A stretch of 64,000 bases of DNA from a virus. Taxonomy: Duplodnaviria > Caudoviricetes. Below, piece by piece: positions 55,453-64,000 of this stretch. Made by a program: the position numbers and the translations under genes. The stretch spans positions 64,001-128,000 of the IMG/VR virus record IMGVR_UViG_2595698357_000001; one strand, given 5' to 3'. How positions within the stretch are numbered: the first letter of the stretch is position 1; each line of letters begins with the position of its first letter. Below the pieces are notes generated by a model, which did no database searches, was not told where the DNA came from, and was given only the letters and a program-made list of their open reading frames with translations.

Positions 55453-56265
55453 ATGTTTAACTTCACCGAACCTGACCAACGCAGCATGCCAACGGCACAC
55501 GTCTACGGGATGAAACTGTTGGGGCTGCGTTCTGATACTGTGTTGCCTCAGAATCACATCCCGGTGCAGAATGAAGAATTCTTCGGGAAGACTGGTTTCC
55601 AGTTGGGGTTTGACTACGGTGTCACCCATCCGATTATCCCGTCCCTGCTGGACGCCGTGCTGGAACACCTTGAAATACAAACCCCTGGTGTGTCTCTGGC
55701 GCTGGAAGACAAGTTCATTGCAGGCAACGTGCAAGTGATCGAATTCTTCCAGGACTTCCTGGCTGGGTTCACTGAACAACGCAGCATGGCGAGAAGTCTG
55801 TCCAACCTTGCCGGCCGTGTTCAAAACCTTCGTCATTATGCTGACCGCTATGGGATTGCCCCGGTTCCGTTGTCGTACTTCGGTGCTGAAATGAAGACCG
55901 TTTACGCCCAGACCAGCGGGGATGGGGATAATCCTGGTGGCACTATCATCAAACTGGATACCGGCGCTGACGGCGAATTGTTGGTGGCATTTGATGATCA
56001 CGCGCGCATCCGGATCGGCAGTGGCGATGACGTTCCTGTTTGGTTGACTCTGAACTCCACCCAAGCGGAATATATCAAAACCACCACGCAGTTCCTGAAC
56101 ATCTATATCCAGTATGCTGCTGAATGCATTGAGCAGTATATGTGGGAAGATGCCCGTCGCGCCACCCGCCGTGCTATCATGGGTGAGATCAAGTACGGGG
56201 ATCTCATGTGCAACGCGTACTGCGAGATCAACCCGGTACTGGAAAACCTGTATCTGAAGAAATAA
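55453..56265 (+). CDS. hypothetical protein
   Basis: AAGGA RBS; TATAAT promoter at 55414. Confidence 0.75.
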   Translation: MFNFTEPDQRSMPTAHVYGMKLLGLRSDTVLPQNHIPVQNEEFFGKTGFQLGFDYGVTHPIIPSLLDAVLEHLEIQTPGVSLALEDKFIAGNVQVIEFFQDFLAGFTEQRSMARSLSNLAGRVQNLRHYADRYGIAPVPLSYFGAEMKTVYAQTSGDGDNPGGTIIKLDTGADGELLVAFDDHARIRIGSGDDVPVWLTLNSTQAEYIKTTTQFLNIYIQYAAECIEQYMWEDARRATRRAIMGEIKYGDLMCNAYCEINPVLENLYLKK

Positions 56266-56284
56266 CTCGGCCCAGGAGGTCACC

Positions 56285-56614
56285 ATGCGTTATCTACCAC
56301 AGAACCAAGTGATTGAAAACCTTGTAGACGTTTACATTGTGAACGCGTTGATCTCCTCCAACCCACACCTGGCGCCGTATTTCTACTACAACTTGAACCT
56401 GACGGTTCATTCTGTGGAAGTGGTCGACGATGAGTTGTTGGTTGCTAATATCGAATTTTACCTGGTTGACGACAACGGAACCCCGGTGTGCAAGCCGGTG
56501 TTCTGTAAGGTGGACGTCGAAAACTACTTTCCTCTCGCTGACTTTTTCAATATGGATGATGGAAGTATGCTAGACCGTGATGAATTTGAGGACAGTGATT
56601 ATCGCGGTTTCTGA
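56285..56614 (+). CDS. hypothetical acidic protein
   Basis: AGGAGG RBS. Confidence 0.75.
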   Translation: MRYLPQNQVIENLVDVYIVNALISSNPHLAPYFYYNLNLTVHSVEVVDDELLVANIEFYLVDDNGTPVCKPVFCKVDVENYFPLADFFNMDDGSMLDRDEFEDSDYRGF

Positions 56615-56623
56615 ACTAGAAAG

Positions 56624-56665
56624 TTATTGAAAACACTTTACGGGACAGAAAACACCAAGTATATT
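56624..56665 (+). promoter_or_regulatory. early sigma70 promoter TTTACG-17-TATATT with upstream TTATTGAA half-site
   Basis: Matches the 38327 promoter (TTATTGAAAAC.CTTTACGG). Confidence 0.7.
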
Positions 56666-56705
56666 GAAATCATTGAATTGAACAACACTCTTTAAGGAAC
56701 ACAAA

Positions 56706-57638
56706 ATGCCATACATTCTTCACTCTGATACCAACCAAAAGTTTGACATCACCAACAAGTCTGCTGAAGACGTACAGGCTGAACTGCGCGCTGCAGGTCT
56801 GGTCATCGGTAACGTCACCGTCCGCAAACTGGTCTCTGGCGAAATGAAGCAGGCCTCCGGCTACGAAGTAGTTGAAGACCTGACCGAAGAAGAGCAGAAC
56901 GAAATCAACGAAGCCCTGGCAAAAGTTGAAACCGAAAAGGCTCTGGCCACCAACGGCGCGGACAGTGAGCTGACTTCCAACGTACCGGAAACCCCGAAAC
57001 CGGGCGGCACCGTACTGAACGAAAAATCCGACCTGCTGGACCATGCTCTGGCGTCTTTAGACGCGACGGGCGACGCTCCTACCGCTGAAGTTGATGAAGT
57101 TGAAACCCCGGAACAAGCGGCTCGTGCTGCCGAAATCCGCTCTCGTCTGCTGGGCGCTGATACTGGCGCGGCTGTATCTAACGTATCTGCGGCAGCAGCC
57201 AGCAAAGACGACGCGGCGCTGAACACGGCGCAGGAAGCCCTGAAGGCGAAAAACCTGACCCCACAGGCAGCAGCTGAAGAGCGCTCCCGCCGTCATAACA
57301 AGCGTGAAGACCTGGTTGAGCAGGCGCGCGCCGGTGTTCAGGCTGAGCTGATCAAAGCAGTTGAAGACGGTGTGGTTCCAGGCGTGTTCCTGAACTACAT
57401 GAACCCAGACCATCGCTGGTTTGAGTTCATCATCACCGAACGTGCTGATAAAGAGAAGCCGAACGCGCGCACCAATACCTATATTGACGTCGCACCCATC
57501 GCTTCCGGCGGCTACGGCTTCAGCCTGTACGTGAACGGCAAGTCGTTCACCAAGCGCCAGAAGGTGAAAGGCACCGTGGCTGAGACCGTTGCGGAAATCA
57601 ACAAATGGTTGCCGGAAATCCTGAAGACCGTGAACTAA
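56706..57638 (+). CDS. early protein, paralogous N-terminus with ORF 38436; Ala/Glu-rich linker
   Basis: AAG..G.....LVSG..K.A.GYE shared motif. Confidence 0.8.
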   Translation: MPYILHSDTNQKFDITNKSAEDVQAELRAAGLVIGNVTVRKLVSGEMKQASGYEVVEDLTEEEQNEINEALAKVETEKALATNGADSELTSNVPETPKPGGTVLNEKSDLLDHALASLDATGDAPTAEVDEVETPEQAARAAEIRSRLLGADTGAAVSNVSAAAASKDDAALNTAQEALKAKNLTPQAAAEERSRRHNKREDLVEQARAGVQAELIKAVEDGVVPGVFLNYMNPDHRWFEFIITERADKEKPNARTNTYIDVAPIASGGYGFSLYVNGKSFTKRQKVKGTVAETVAEINKWLPEILKTVN

Positions 57639-57705
57639 AAATCCTGGTTCTATAATGCAAAGGCCGCTATAATGTTAGCGGCCTTTCTTTTTATGAGGAT
57701 TCACG

Positions 57706-58365
57706 ATGCAAGCACCAAAAGGCGTCACCACGCGCCGGGTTCACACCTTTGTGCGCCCACCCAAGGTAGAAGTCCCCAGACAGCCCGTAGGGGATATCTA
57801 TTATGTTAAGGGGTGTAACGGTAGCGGCAAGTCTACTGTGCCCTCCTATCTGTCGGAGAAGGATCCAGATGCCTATGTGTGTCTCCTGGGTTCCCGTGTC
57901 CTCCTAACCGTATTCCCATCGTTCGGCATCCTGGCCTTTGGCAAATATGACAAGACCAAATCCAAGGGCGTTGACAGCCTCAGCGACTACGCAGAGATTG
58001 AGCTAGCCTTGGCGCTGTCTGAGCGGGAAGACCTGGTTAAATACGACGCTTTCTTTGAGGGCATTATCCCAGCCACGATCCTGCACACCTGGATAGAAAA
58101 GCTGAACCGCCCTGCGCGTCGTCTGGTGACGTTGTTCCTTGACACCCCGTTGGCGACATGCCTGAGCCGGGTTGATACCCGCAACGGAGGAGAGGATTAC
58201 AACCGTGACCTCGTGGCTGAGAAGTTCAGGCGTATTGAAAGCCACAGAGTCCGCCACAAAGAGTTGTTCCCTACCGTCCCAGCAGGTATGATACGCTCTG
58301 AGGGTAAGACTATGGAACAAATGGTCGAGCTCTTCCTCAACCGTGATTTTGGAGATCTAGAATAA
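57706..58365 (+). CDS. P-loop kinase, probable 5-hmdU DNA kinase
   Basis: KGCNGSGKST, GKYD....GVD, FEG, LDTPL..C..RV..RNGG; adjacent to the thymidylate synthase homologue. Confidence 0.8.
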   Translation: MQAPKGVTTRRVHTFVRPPKVEVPRQPVGDIYYVKGCNGSGKSTVPSYLSEKDPDAYVCLLGSRVLLTVFPSFGILAFGKYDKTKSKGVDSLSDYAEIELALALSEREDLVKYDAFFEGIIPATILHTWIEKLNRPARRLVTLFLDTPLATCLSRVDTRNGGEDYNRDLVAEKFRRIESHRVRHKELFPTVPAGMIRSEGKTMEQMVELFLNRDFGDLE

Positions 58366-59579
58366 TGACGATTCACTATTTCGGTGGCAACACCGTTAAT
58401 GAAGTTATGCTCCAAGCCTTTGACACCCTGTTGTCCAAAGGGGCTAAGGCGATTTCCCGCAACGGGAATGCCGTGTATCTTAACGACGTTGAGATCGAGC
58501 TGTATGACCCACGCAAACGCCACCTGTGCCTGGAAGGTCGCAAGTCCAACATTTTCCAGCTGATCGCCGAAACTCTTTGGGTGATGGCCGGCAAGGACGA
58601 GCTGCACCCGTACCTGACCCACTTCCTCCCGCGCGCTCCAAATTACAGCGACGATGGCCTGACCTGGCGCGGCGCGTATGGCCCACGCCTGCATGCGTTT
58701 GATCAACTCCAGGGGGTTGTTGACACCTTCCTGAACGACGGCATGACCACCCGCCGGGCTACTGCGTTCATCCATGATCCAGCCAAGGATGCCCCGTCTG
58801 TCATCCAGGAAACCCTGGGCGGTCAAACCCGTGATACTCCTTGCAACCTGCTCATGCTGTTCTACACTGACGTCGACGGCCGGTTCGTTGCTCGTACCAT
58901 CCAGCGCTCTGGTGATGCGATCTTTGGCGCAGGTTCCATCAACCTGTTTGAGTTCAGCTTCATCCAAGAGATGGTGTTGAGCTGCATCAACTCCGGCCTG
59001 GCGCGGCGTTATCCTGAATATGCCCCTCTGGACCTGGGGGCATACCGTCACAGCACCGTTAACTTCCACCTGTATGATGCAACCGCAAGCCAGGCCGTGG
59101 CTGTCATGGAAAGTGAGCAGGTGACTTATAAGAAGTCCTCTGGCCGTGACTGTGTGTTCCCTAAAACAATCGCCAAGTGCCGTGACATGGCGGCCGAGTT
59201 CATTGACAAGATCTCCATCCCTATGCTGGCTGGCGTGTTCGGTATGCGTGAGGGGGTTGACCGCCTTGACGAGCTGTTCAAAAAGTATGGTGTGGCACAG
59301 AAGGACAACAACCTCTACAGCTACATGGTGCTGACCCTGGCTTACATCGCGTCTACGAACAAGGTGTGCCCGGAAAAGTTCGACCTGACTGATTACAACA
59401 GCTACGGCCTGGCGTATGATGTGTATGAAGCCGTCCAGCGCTCCTCATTCCGCAAGTTCACCCTTCACCCAGGGGAGTCGGCGGTAGACACCAGCATCAA
59501 CCGCATGTCTAGCTGGCGCGCTGATGAAGTGAAGATTGTTGGGAGTAAGCTGGCCGACCTTCTGCGCAAGAAGATGTAA
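58365..59579 (+). CDS. thymidylate synthase homologue (dUMP hydroxymethylase)
   Basis: SRNG, YSDDG...RGAYGPR, TRRA, DTPCN, RSGD..FG...N, FHLY. Confidence 0.88.
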   Translation: MTIHYFGGNTVNEVMLQAFDTLLSKGAKAISRNGNAVYLNDVEIELYDPRKRHLCLEGRKSNIFQLIAETLWVMAGKDELHPYLTHFLPRAPNYSDDGLTWRGAYGPRLHAFDQLQGVVDTFLNDGMTTRRATAFIHDPAKDAPSVIQETLGGQTRDTPCNLLMLFYTDVDGRFVARTIQRSGDAIFGAGSINLFEFSFIQEMVLSCINSGLARRYPEYAPLDLGAYRHSTVNFHLYDATASQAVAVMESEQVTYKKSSGRDCVFPKTIAKCRDMAAEFIDKISIPMLAGVFGMREGVDRLDELFKKYGVAQKDNNLYSYMVLTLAYIASTNKVCPEKFDLTDYNSYGLAYDVYEAVQRSSFRKFTLHPGESAVDTSINRMSSWRADEVKIVGSKLADLLRKKM

Positions 59580-59590
59580 GGAGGTTCAAG

Positions 59591-60154
59591 ATGCTAGACA
59601 ATCTTGAATTCTTCACGGGTAAGAAGCGGTCTGGTAAGGACTTCTGTTTGGAAGGTCTGATTGACGACAGCCGGGGGAAACAGGTGATCTGCCGGCTGTC
59701 GTTCTCGGATGAGCTGCGGGTGATCGCCAACACGATTTACCCATGGCTCCCTCGGGACATCCCAGACCATCTCAAGGACGTTCCGTGGGAACACCCACAG
59801 AACTACAGACGTATGACTCCACGGCAGATCTGGCTCCATCTCGGCGGCGACGATGGACTTCGCTTTGTTGAGCCAGACCTGTTCCTGGAGTCGTTCAAGC
59901 GCAACCAGCTGCCCAAAGTGGTTGCCAACCCTGATGTCCTGTATATCGTTACTGATGTCAGAACCCCACAGGAGTATATGTGGGTGAAGGAAACCGGTCG
60001 AACCTTAACGCGTATTACAAGGGAAGACCGGTCGGGTATAATGGAGGATACTATTGAGGACTTCATTGACCGCATGGAGGTTGATTTCGAATTCTTTAAC
60101 CCCTTCACTGGGACTCAACCATTTATTGACTTTTATTGGAGCCGTGCTTTATGA
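59591..60154 (+). CDS. deoxynucleoside monophosphate kinase
   Basis: GKKRSGKD, SFSDEL, TPRQ, VTDVR..QE. Confidence 0.85.
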   Translation: MLDNLEFFTGKKRSGKDFCLEGLIDDSRGKQVICRLSFSDELRVIANTIYPWLPRDIPDHLKDVPWEHPQNYRRMTPRQIWLHLGGDDGLRFVEPDLFLESFKRNQLPKVVANPDVLYIVTDVRTPQEYMWVKETGRTLTRITREDRSGIMEDTIEDFIDRMEVDFEFFNPFTGTQPFIDFYWSRAL

Positions 60155-60744
60155 TCAACCACCAACAATTACGGGGTCTCTTGGAGACCCAAATTGAAAC
60201 CAACCATGCGTATTATGGTGATGCCTGGACAACAGTGTGGAAGCGTAACAGCATCCGCAACAGCATCTACCGGGAATTCGCCGAGTTCCTGGATGAGGTT
60301 GAAGCCGCCTGGCACTGCTATAAGCCCAACCCGAAATTTGATCAGGTCGCGGCTGTGTATGAATTGGTGGATATCATCCACTTCATGCTGTGCAACACTT
60401 TGACGGTGCATAACATCAAGAGCAAGGAAGATCTCCGTCGCCTGGTGTACCAGGTGCCGAAATCTGACCCATTTGATGATGCTGTGTTCGGTTCTCCGGA
60501 ACAGAACGGGGTATCATTCACTGAGGTTGAGGGCGCGTTCACCGAGTGCATGTATTACAACGGCGACCTGGAAGAGACCGCGAAGTTCCTGGATAAAGCA
60601 TGCCGCTTCCTCGGCATCGATATCGATACTTACCTGAAAGCACACATGCGCAAGAACTCTCGCAACCGCCTGCGCGCAGCCTCCGGTGTGCTTGAGGGTA
60701 AATACGATAAGAGCAAAGAAGTCCCACTCACTCTGGAATTCTGA
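60151..60744 (+). CDS. dimeric (all-alpha) dUTPase
   Basis: EFAEFLDE...W..YK, ELVDIIHF, KN..N..R...G.Y. Confidence 0.8.
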   Translation: MINHQQLRGLLETQIETNHAYYGDAWTTVWKRNSIRNSIYREFAEFLDEVEAAWHCYKPNPKFDQVAAVYELVDIIHFMLCNTLTVHNIKSKEDLRRLVYQVPKSDPFDDAVFGSPEQNGVSFTEVEGAFTECMYYNGDLEETAKFLDKACRFLGIDIDTYLKAHMRKNSRNRLRAASGVLEGKYDKSKEVPLTLEF

Positions 60745-60745
60745 T

Positions 60746-61315
60746 ATGCAGAAACTGTACACTATTGAATTCAGTGTATCAGTGGACGAGGGTTCAACCG
60801 GGGCGCTCCAGTCCTGGTTGAACCAGTTCGGCACTGCTACTTTCCTGTGTATTAACCACGCTGAAGGTGATGACGTGCCGGTGGCATCGTTTAAATTACT
60901 GACAGCCAGGCCGTCTAATTTCATGGGTAATGTTGAAAAGGCATACCGTGAATATGATGAGAAACTGAAGGGCATTTATTTCTACACCGCCATATATGAA
61001 ATAACCCATTGCCCTGAAGATATTGATATGGCGGAATTATTAGGTCTAATTAACACCCAGGCATATACTGCATGCATCACCCGAACTGAGGTCAATTATC
61101 TCATTGGCCAGATCGATGCTTTCAAAAATGATATCTTGATGCAGGTGAATAACCAAAGTCGTGCTATCAAACAGGCGTTTGGTGGTATTAATCGCCTGGG
61201 GCAAGAAGTGTTTGGCCGTGATATGTATCAGCTTGGCGAAGCGTCGGCCGCCGATATTCAAGACGACGAAGAACAACCCACCAAAACTCCGGAGAAGAAA
61301 CAATGGCTTCATTAG
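60746..61315 (+). CDS. hypothetical protein
   Basis: ORF between dUTPase and uvsX. Confidence 0.7.
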   Translation: MQKLYTIEFSVSVDEGSTGALQSWLNQFGTATFLCINHAEGDDVPVASFKLLTARPSNFMGNVEKAYREYDEKLKGIYFYTAIYEITHCPEDIDMAELLGLINTQAYTACITRTEVNYLIGQIDAFKNDILMQVNNQSRAIKQAFGGINRLGQEVFGRDMYQLGEASAADIQDDEEQPTKTPEKKQWLH

Positions 61316-62379
61316 CAGAGCGCATGCTCAAAATCGCCCAGAAGAACTCACCAGAAGCGGAAGTGCTCAGCAAGACGGATCTGTTGGATAAAAAGACGAT
61401 CTGTAGCACTGGCATCCCGTTGCTGAACATCGCCTGGAGCGGACGCCCGGACGGCGGTATCCACAGCGGCTCTAAGCAGCTGGTTGGTGACTCTCGTACG
61501 TTTAAGACCATGTTTGGTCTGATTGACGTGAAAGCCTACCTGGCCAAGTACCCTGACGCCATCTGCATCTTTGGCGACTCCGAATTCGGTGCCCGGCAGG
61601 CGTACTGGGATTCCATGGGTATTGACATGTCCCGCGTCATCCATGTCCCTATCATTTCCGTCGAAAACATGCAGATCGTCATGATGCAGATGCTGGACGA
61701 TATCAAGCGCGGTGACCATGTCATCATCTTCATCGACTCCATCAGCCAGCTGCCGTCCACCAAAGAAGTCAAAGACGCCGTTGACGGCAAAGACACGCAG
61801 GACATGACTCGTGCCCGTGCGCTCAACAGCTTCTGGCGTACTGTCCAGATCCAGCTGAACCTGAAAAACCTGCCTCTGGTCTGGATCAACTCCTACTATG
61901 ATGAAATCGGCAACCAATACGCCGAGCCTAACCTGAAAGGCGGTAAGCAGGGCTTCCTGTCTTGCGACCTGATCTGGTTCATCACCCGTTCTCAGGAGAA
62001 GAAGGACAAAGACCTGCTGGGCTGGAACTTCAACATCAAGATCATGAAAGGACGCCAGGTGAAAGAGCAGGCGCGTCTTCCGCTGACTGTGCTCTATGAT
62101 GGCGGGGTGGACAAGTGGTCTGGCCTGCTGGAGATCTCCCGTGTTCTGGGCTACGTTGATATGCCATCCAGTGGCTGGTATCAGCGTACTGCCAAGGGGG
62201 GCTTCGGTGCCGATGAGAAGAAGTACCAGAAGTCCCAGATGGGTGAAGATTTCTGGATGCCTCTCCTGGAAAACCCTAAATTCTGCGACGATGTGTACAA
62301 AGCCTATGGCGTGTCCACTGGTAACGTGATGCCTGACGATCTACAGGAAAAGATCAATGTCGTGGCTAACGAGCGCTAA
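61303..62379 (+). CDS. uvsX: RecA-like recombinase UvsX
   Basis: LNIAWSG..DGG, G.SRTFKT, DSEFG, FIDSI, DMTRAR. Confidence 0.93.
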   Translation: MASLAERMLKIAQKNSPEAEVLSKTDLLDKKTICSTGIPLLNIAWSGRPDGGIHSGSKQLVGDSRTFKTMFGLIDVKAYLAKYPDAICIFGDSEFGARQAYWDSMGIDMSRVIHVPIISVENMQIVMMQMLDDIKRGDHVIIFIDSISQLPSTKEVKDAVDGKDTQDMTRARALNSFWRTVQIQLNLKNLPLVWINSYYDEIGNQYAEPNLKGGKQGFLSCDLIWFITRSQEKKDKDLLGWNFNIKIMKGRQVKEQARLPLTVLYDGGVDKWSGLLEISRVLGYVDMPSSGWYQRTAKGGFGADEKKYQKSQMGEDFWMPLLENPKFCDDVYKAYGVSTGNVMPDDLQEKINVVANER

Positions 62380-62692
62380 TACCGCCGGGGAGGGGAAGCC
62401 CTCCCCCTTACCTAATTATGACTGCATCGATATGGGTGCTGACACCATATCAATAATAAAGATCAACTCCGGCAAATACCGTGGCTTTGAATATCGCTAT
62501 GGTAAGGTTTCATTTGTCGGGGATGAAGAACACGGGTTTGAAATATCATTCACCGTGGAAGTAATAAACAAACCGTTCTGGCGAAGAGTCCCAAATAAAA
62601 ATGATGTATATTTCACTCGGGTAACTGGTGATATATTAATGGACTTGATGAGCAAGAATGCAGGCAGCGTGCATACAATATTGGTCGCGTGA
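62357..62692 (+). CDS. hypothetical protein at the gp40 (head vertex assembly chaperone) position
   Basis: Lies between uvsX and 41 as T4 gene 40 does; Y.YGKVSF motif. Confidence 0.55.
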   Translation: MSWLTSANTAGEGKPSPLPNYDCIDMGADTISIIKINSGKYRGFEYRYGKVSFVGDEEHGFEISFTVEVINKPFWRRVPNKNDVYFTRVTGDILMDLMSKNAGSVHTILVA

Positions 62693-62700
62693 GGCAATAA

Positions 62701-64000
62701 ATGTTAGAGACCGTCGTACTTTCTCAATTGATGTATAATGACGAATATCAAAGAAAGGTATTACCTTATTTGAAATCAGAATTCTTTGACAATGAAGGGG
62801 AGAAGGTCGTCTTCGGTATTATAGACAACTTTGTGTCAGAATATAACGCCACACCTAATATGGACGCATTGGCGGTTATTCTGGACCAATCCAAGCTGAA
62901 TGAGAACGTGTTCAACGAGGCCATCGATTGTGTCAGTTCCCTAGACTCTGCACCACAGAACATGGAGTGGCTGGTCAAGGAGACTGAGACCTGGGCTAAG
63001 GGCAAGTCTGTACAGAACGTAATCAAGAAAGCCGTGGCCATGTATGCCGATGAGAAGAAAAAGGCGGAGCTGGTCTTGATTCCTAAGATGATGGAAGAAG
63101 CACTGGCAGTCTCCTTTGACAACTACATCGGCCACATCTATTGGGAAATGGCAGGCGAGCAGTATGACCACATGCATGAGGACTCCGAGCGCATCCCGTT
63201 TGGCGTCGACATCTTTAACCGGGCTACCCGTGGGGGTGTCCTCAAGAAGACGCTGAACGTCGTTACCGGGGCAATCAACGCCGGTAAGACAACCACGCTG
63301 ATCCACCTGACGGCAGACTATGCCGAGCAGGGGCTGAATGTGTATGTGGCCACCCTGGAAGTTGCTGAGAACCAATGGCGCCACCGCCTGGACGCCCGTA
63401 TCATGCGTGTCGACTTTGACAAGCTGGAAGCCATGACTCGTGAAGAGTACCTCGGCACCATGCATAAGCTGCGCGGCGAGGGTGATAAGACCAAGGGTGA
63501 TATCATTATCAAGGGCTACCCTTCTGGTGCTGGGCATACGGGCTTCTTCAGGAACGACATCATTGAGTATGAGCGCAAGACCGGTAAGAAGATCGACGTC
63601 ATCGTCATCGACTACCTGGGTGAAGCAGCCAGCTCCCGTCTTCCGGTTCACTTGATGGCCAACACCAACGTGTACTTCACGTCTGTTGCTCGTGAGTTCC
63701 GCGCGCTTGGGTTCGAATTTGATTGCCCGGTGTGGACTGGTATCCAGTTCAGCCGTGAGAAGCAGAAGACGACTGACGGCGACATCAACGACATCGCTGA
63801 TGCTATCGGTATTCCAAAGGTGGCTGACTTCATGATGGCGTTCTACGCCCCTGACGAGCTGGCCAACGTGAAAAAGGCGCGCGCCAACATCCTGAAAAAC
63901 CGCTATGCCAACAAGCAGAAGCTGAAGTCATTCCTGTTTGGTATGGATCAGGACAAACAGATCCTGTTTGACCTTGACTGGGAAGAAGTGAAGCAAGACC
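62701..64000 (+). CDS. 41: replicative helicase gp41 (partial, runs off window)
   Basis: Y.RKVLPYLK.EFF, GAINAGKTT, TLEVAE, IVIDYL, VWTGIQ, LKNRY. Confidence 0.93.
   Translation, partial: MLETVVLSQLMYNDEYQRKVLPYLKSEFFDNEGEKVVFGIIDNFVSEYNATPNMDALAVILDQSKLNENVFNEAIDCVSSLDSAPQNMEWLVKETETWAKGKSVQNVIKKAVAMYADEKKKAELVLIPKMMEEALAVSFDNYIGHIYWEMAGEQYDHMHEDSERIPFGVDIFNRATRGGVLKKTLNVVTGAINAGKTTTLIHLTADYAEQGLNVYVATLEVAENQWRHRLDARIMRVDFDKLEAMTREEYLGTMHKLRGEGDKTKGDIIIKGYPSGAGHTGFFRNDIIEYERKTGKKIDVIVIDYLGEAASSRLPVHLMANTNVYFTSVAREFRALGFEFDCPVWTGIQFSREKQKTTDGDINDIADAIGIPKVADFMMAFYAPDELANVKKARANILKNRYANKQKLKSFLFGMDQDKQILFDLDWEEVKQD

Overview
64 kb of a lytic T4-superfamily myovirus genome. Gene content and order match Ackermannviridae (ViI-like / former Viunalikevirus), identified by recognising protein motifs and synteny rather than by database search. 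The window holds T4-like replication and recombination genes (uvsY, uvsW, 45/44/62, regA, 55, 47/46, 61, 32, 33, uvsX, 41) and nucleotide metabolism (nrdAB, glutaredoxin, dNMP kinase, dUTPase, PhoH). It also carries parts of the thymidine-hypermodification pathway (dUMP hydroxymethylase, 5-hmdU DNA kinase, an amino acid:DNA transferase homologue), baseplate/tail genes (3, 25, 5, 26, 54, 2), a modular endolysin and a large accessory region (about 11-23 kb). The most notable non-obvious signals are six. (1) A probable three-part transcription circuit: a (T/G)TCA(A/T)T-N14-TATAAT promoter class, early sigma70 promoters whose -35 is caged by an inverted repeat of the same motif, and two paralogous early proteins, one with a MotA-C-terminal-like domain. 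(2) A ~80-bp origin-like element present twice in inverted orientation 42 kb apart. (3) A candidate -1 frameshift extending gp26. (4) RBS-occluding hairpins built over late promoters of endolysin, gp5, RuvC and an unknown gene. (5) An acyl carrier protein lacking its phosphopantetheine serine. (6) Several candidate anti-defence proteins. No tRNA, CRISPR array, intron or intein was seen.
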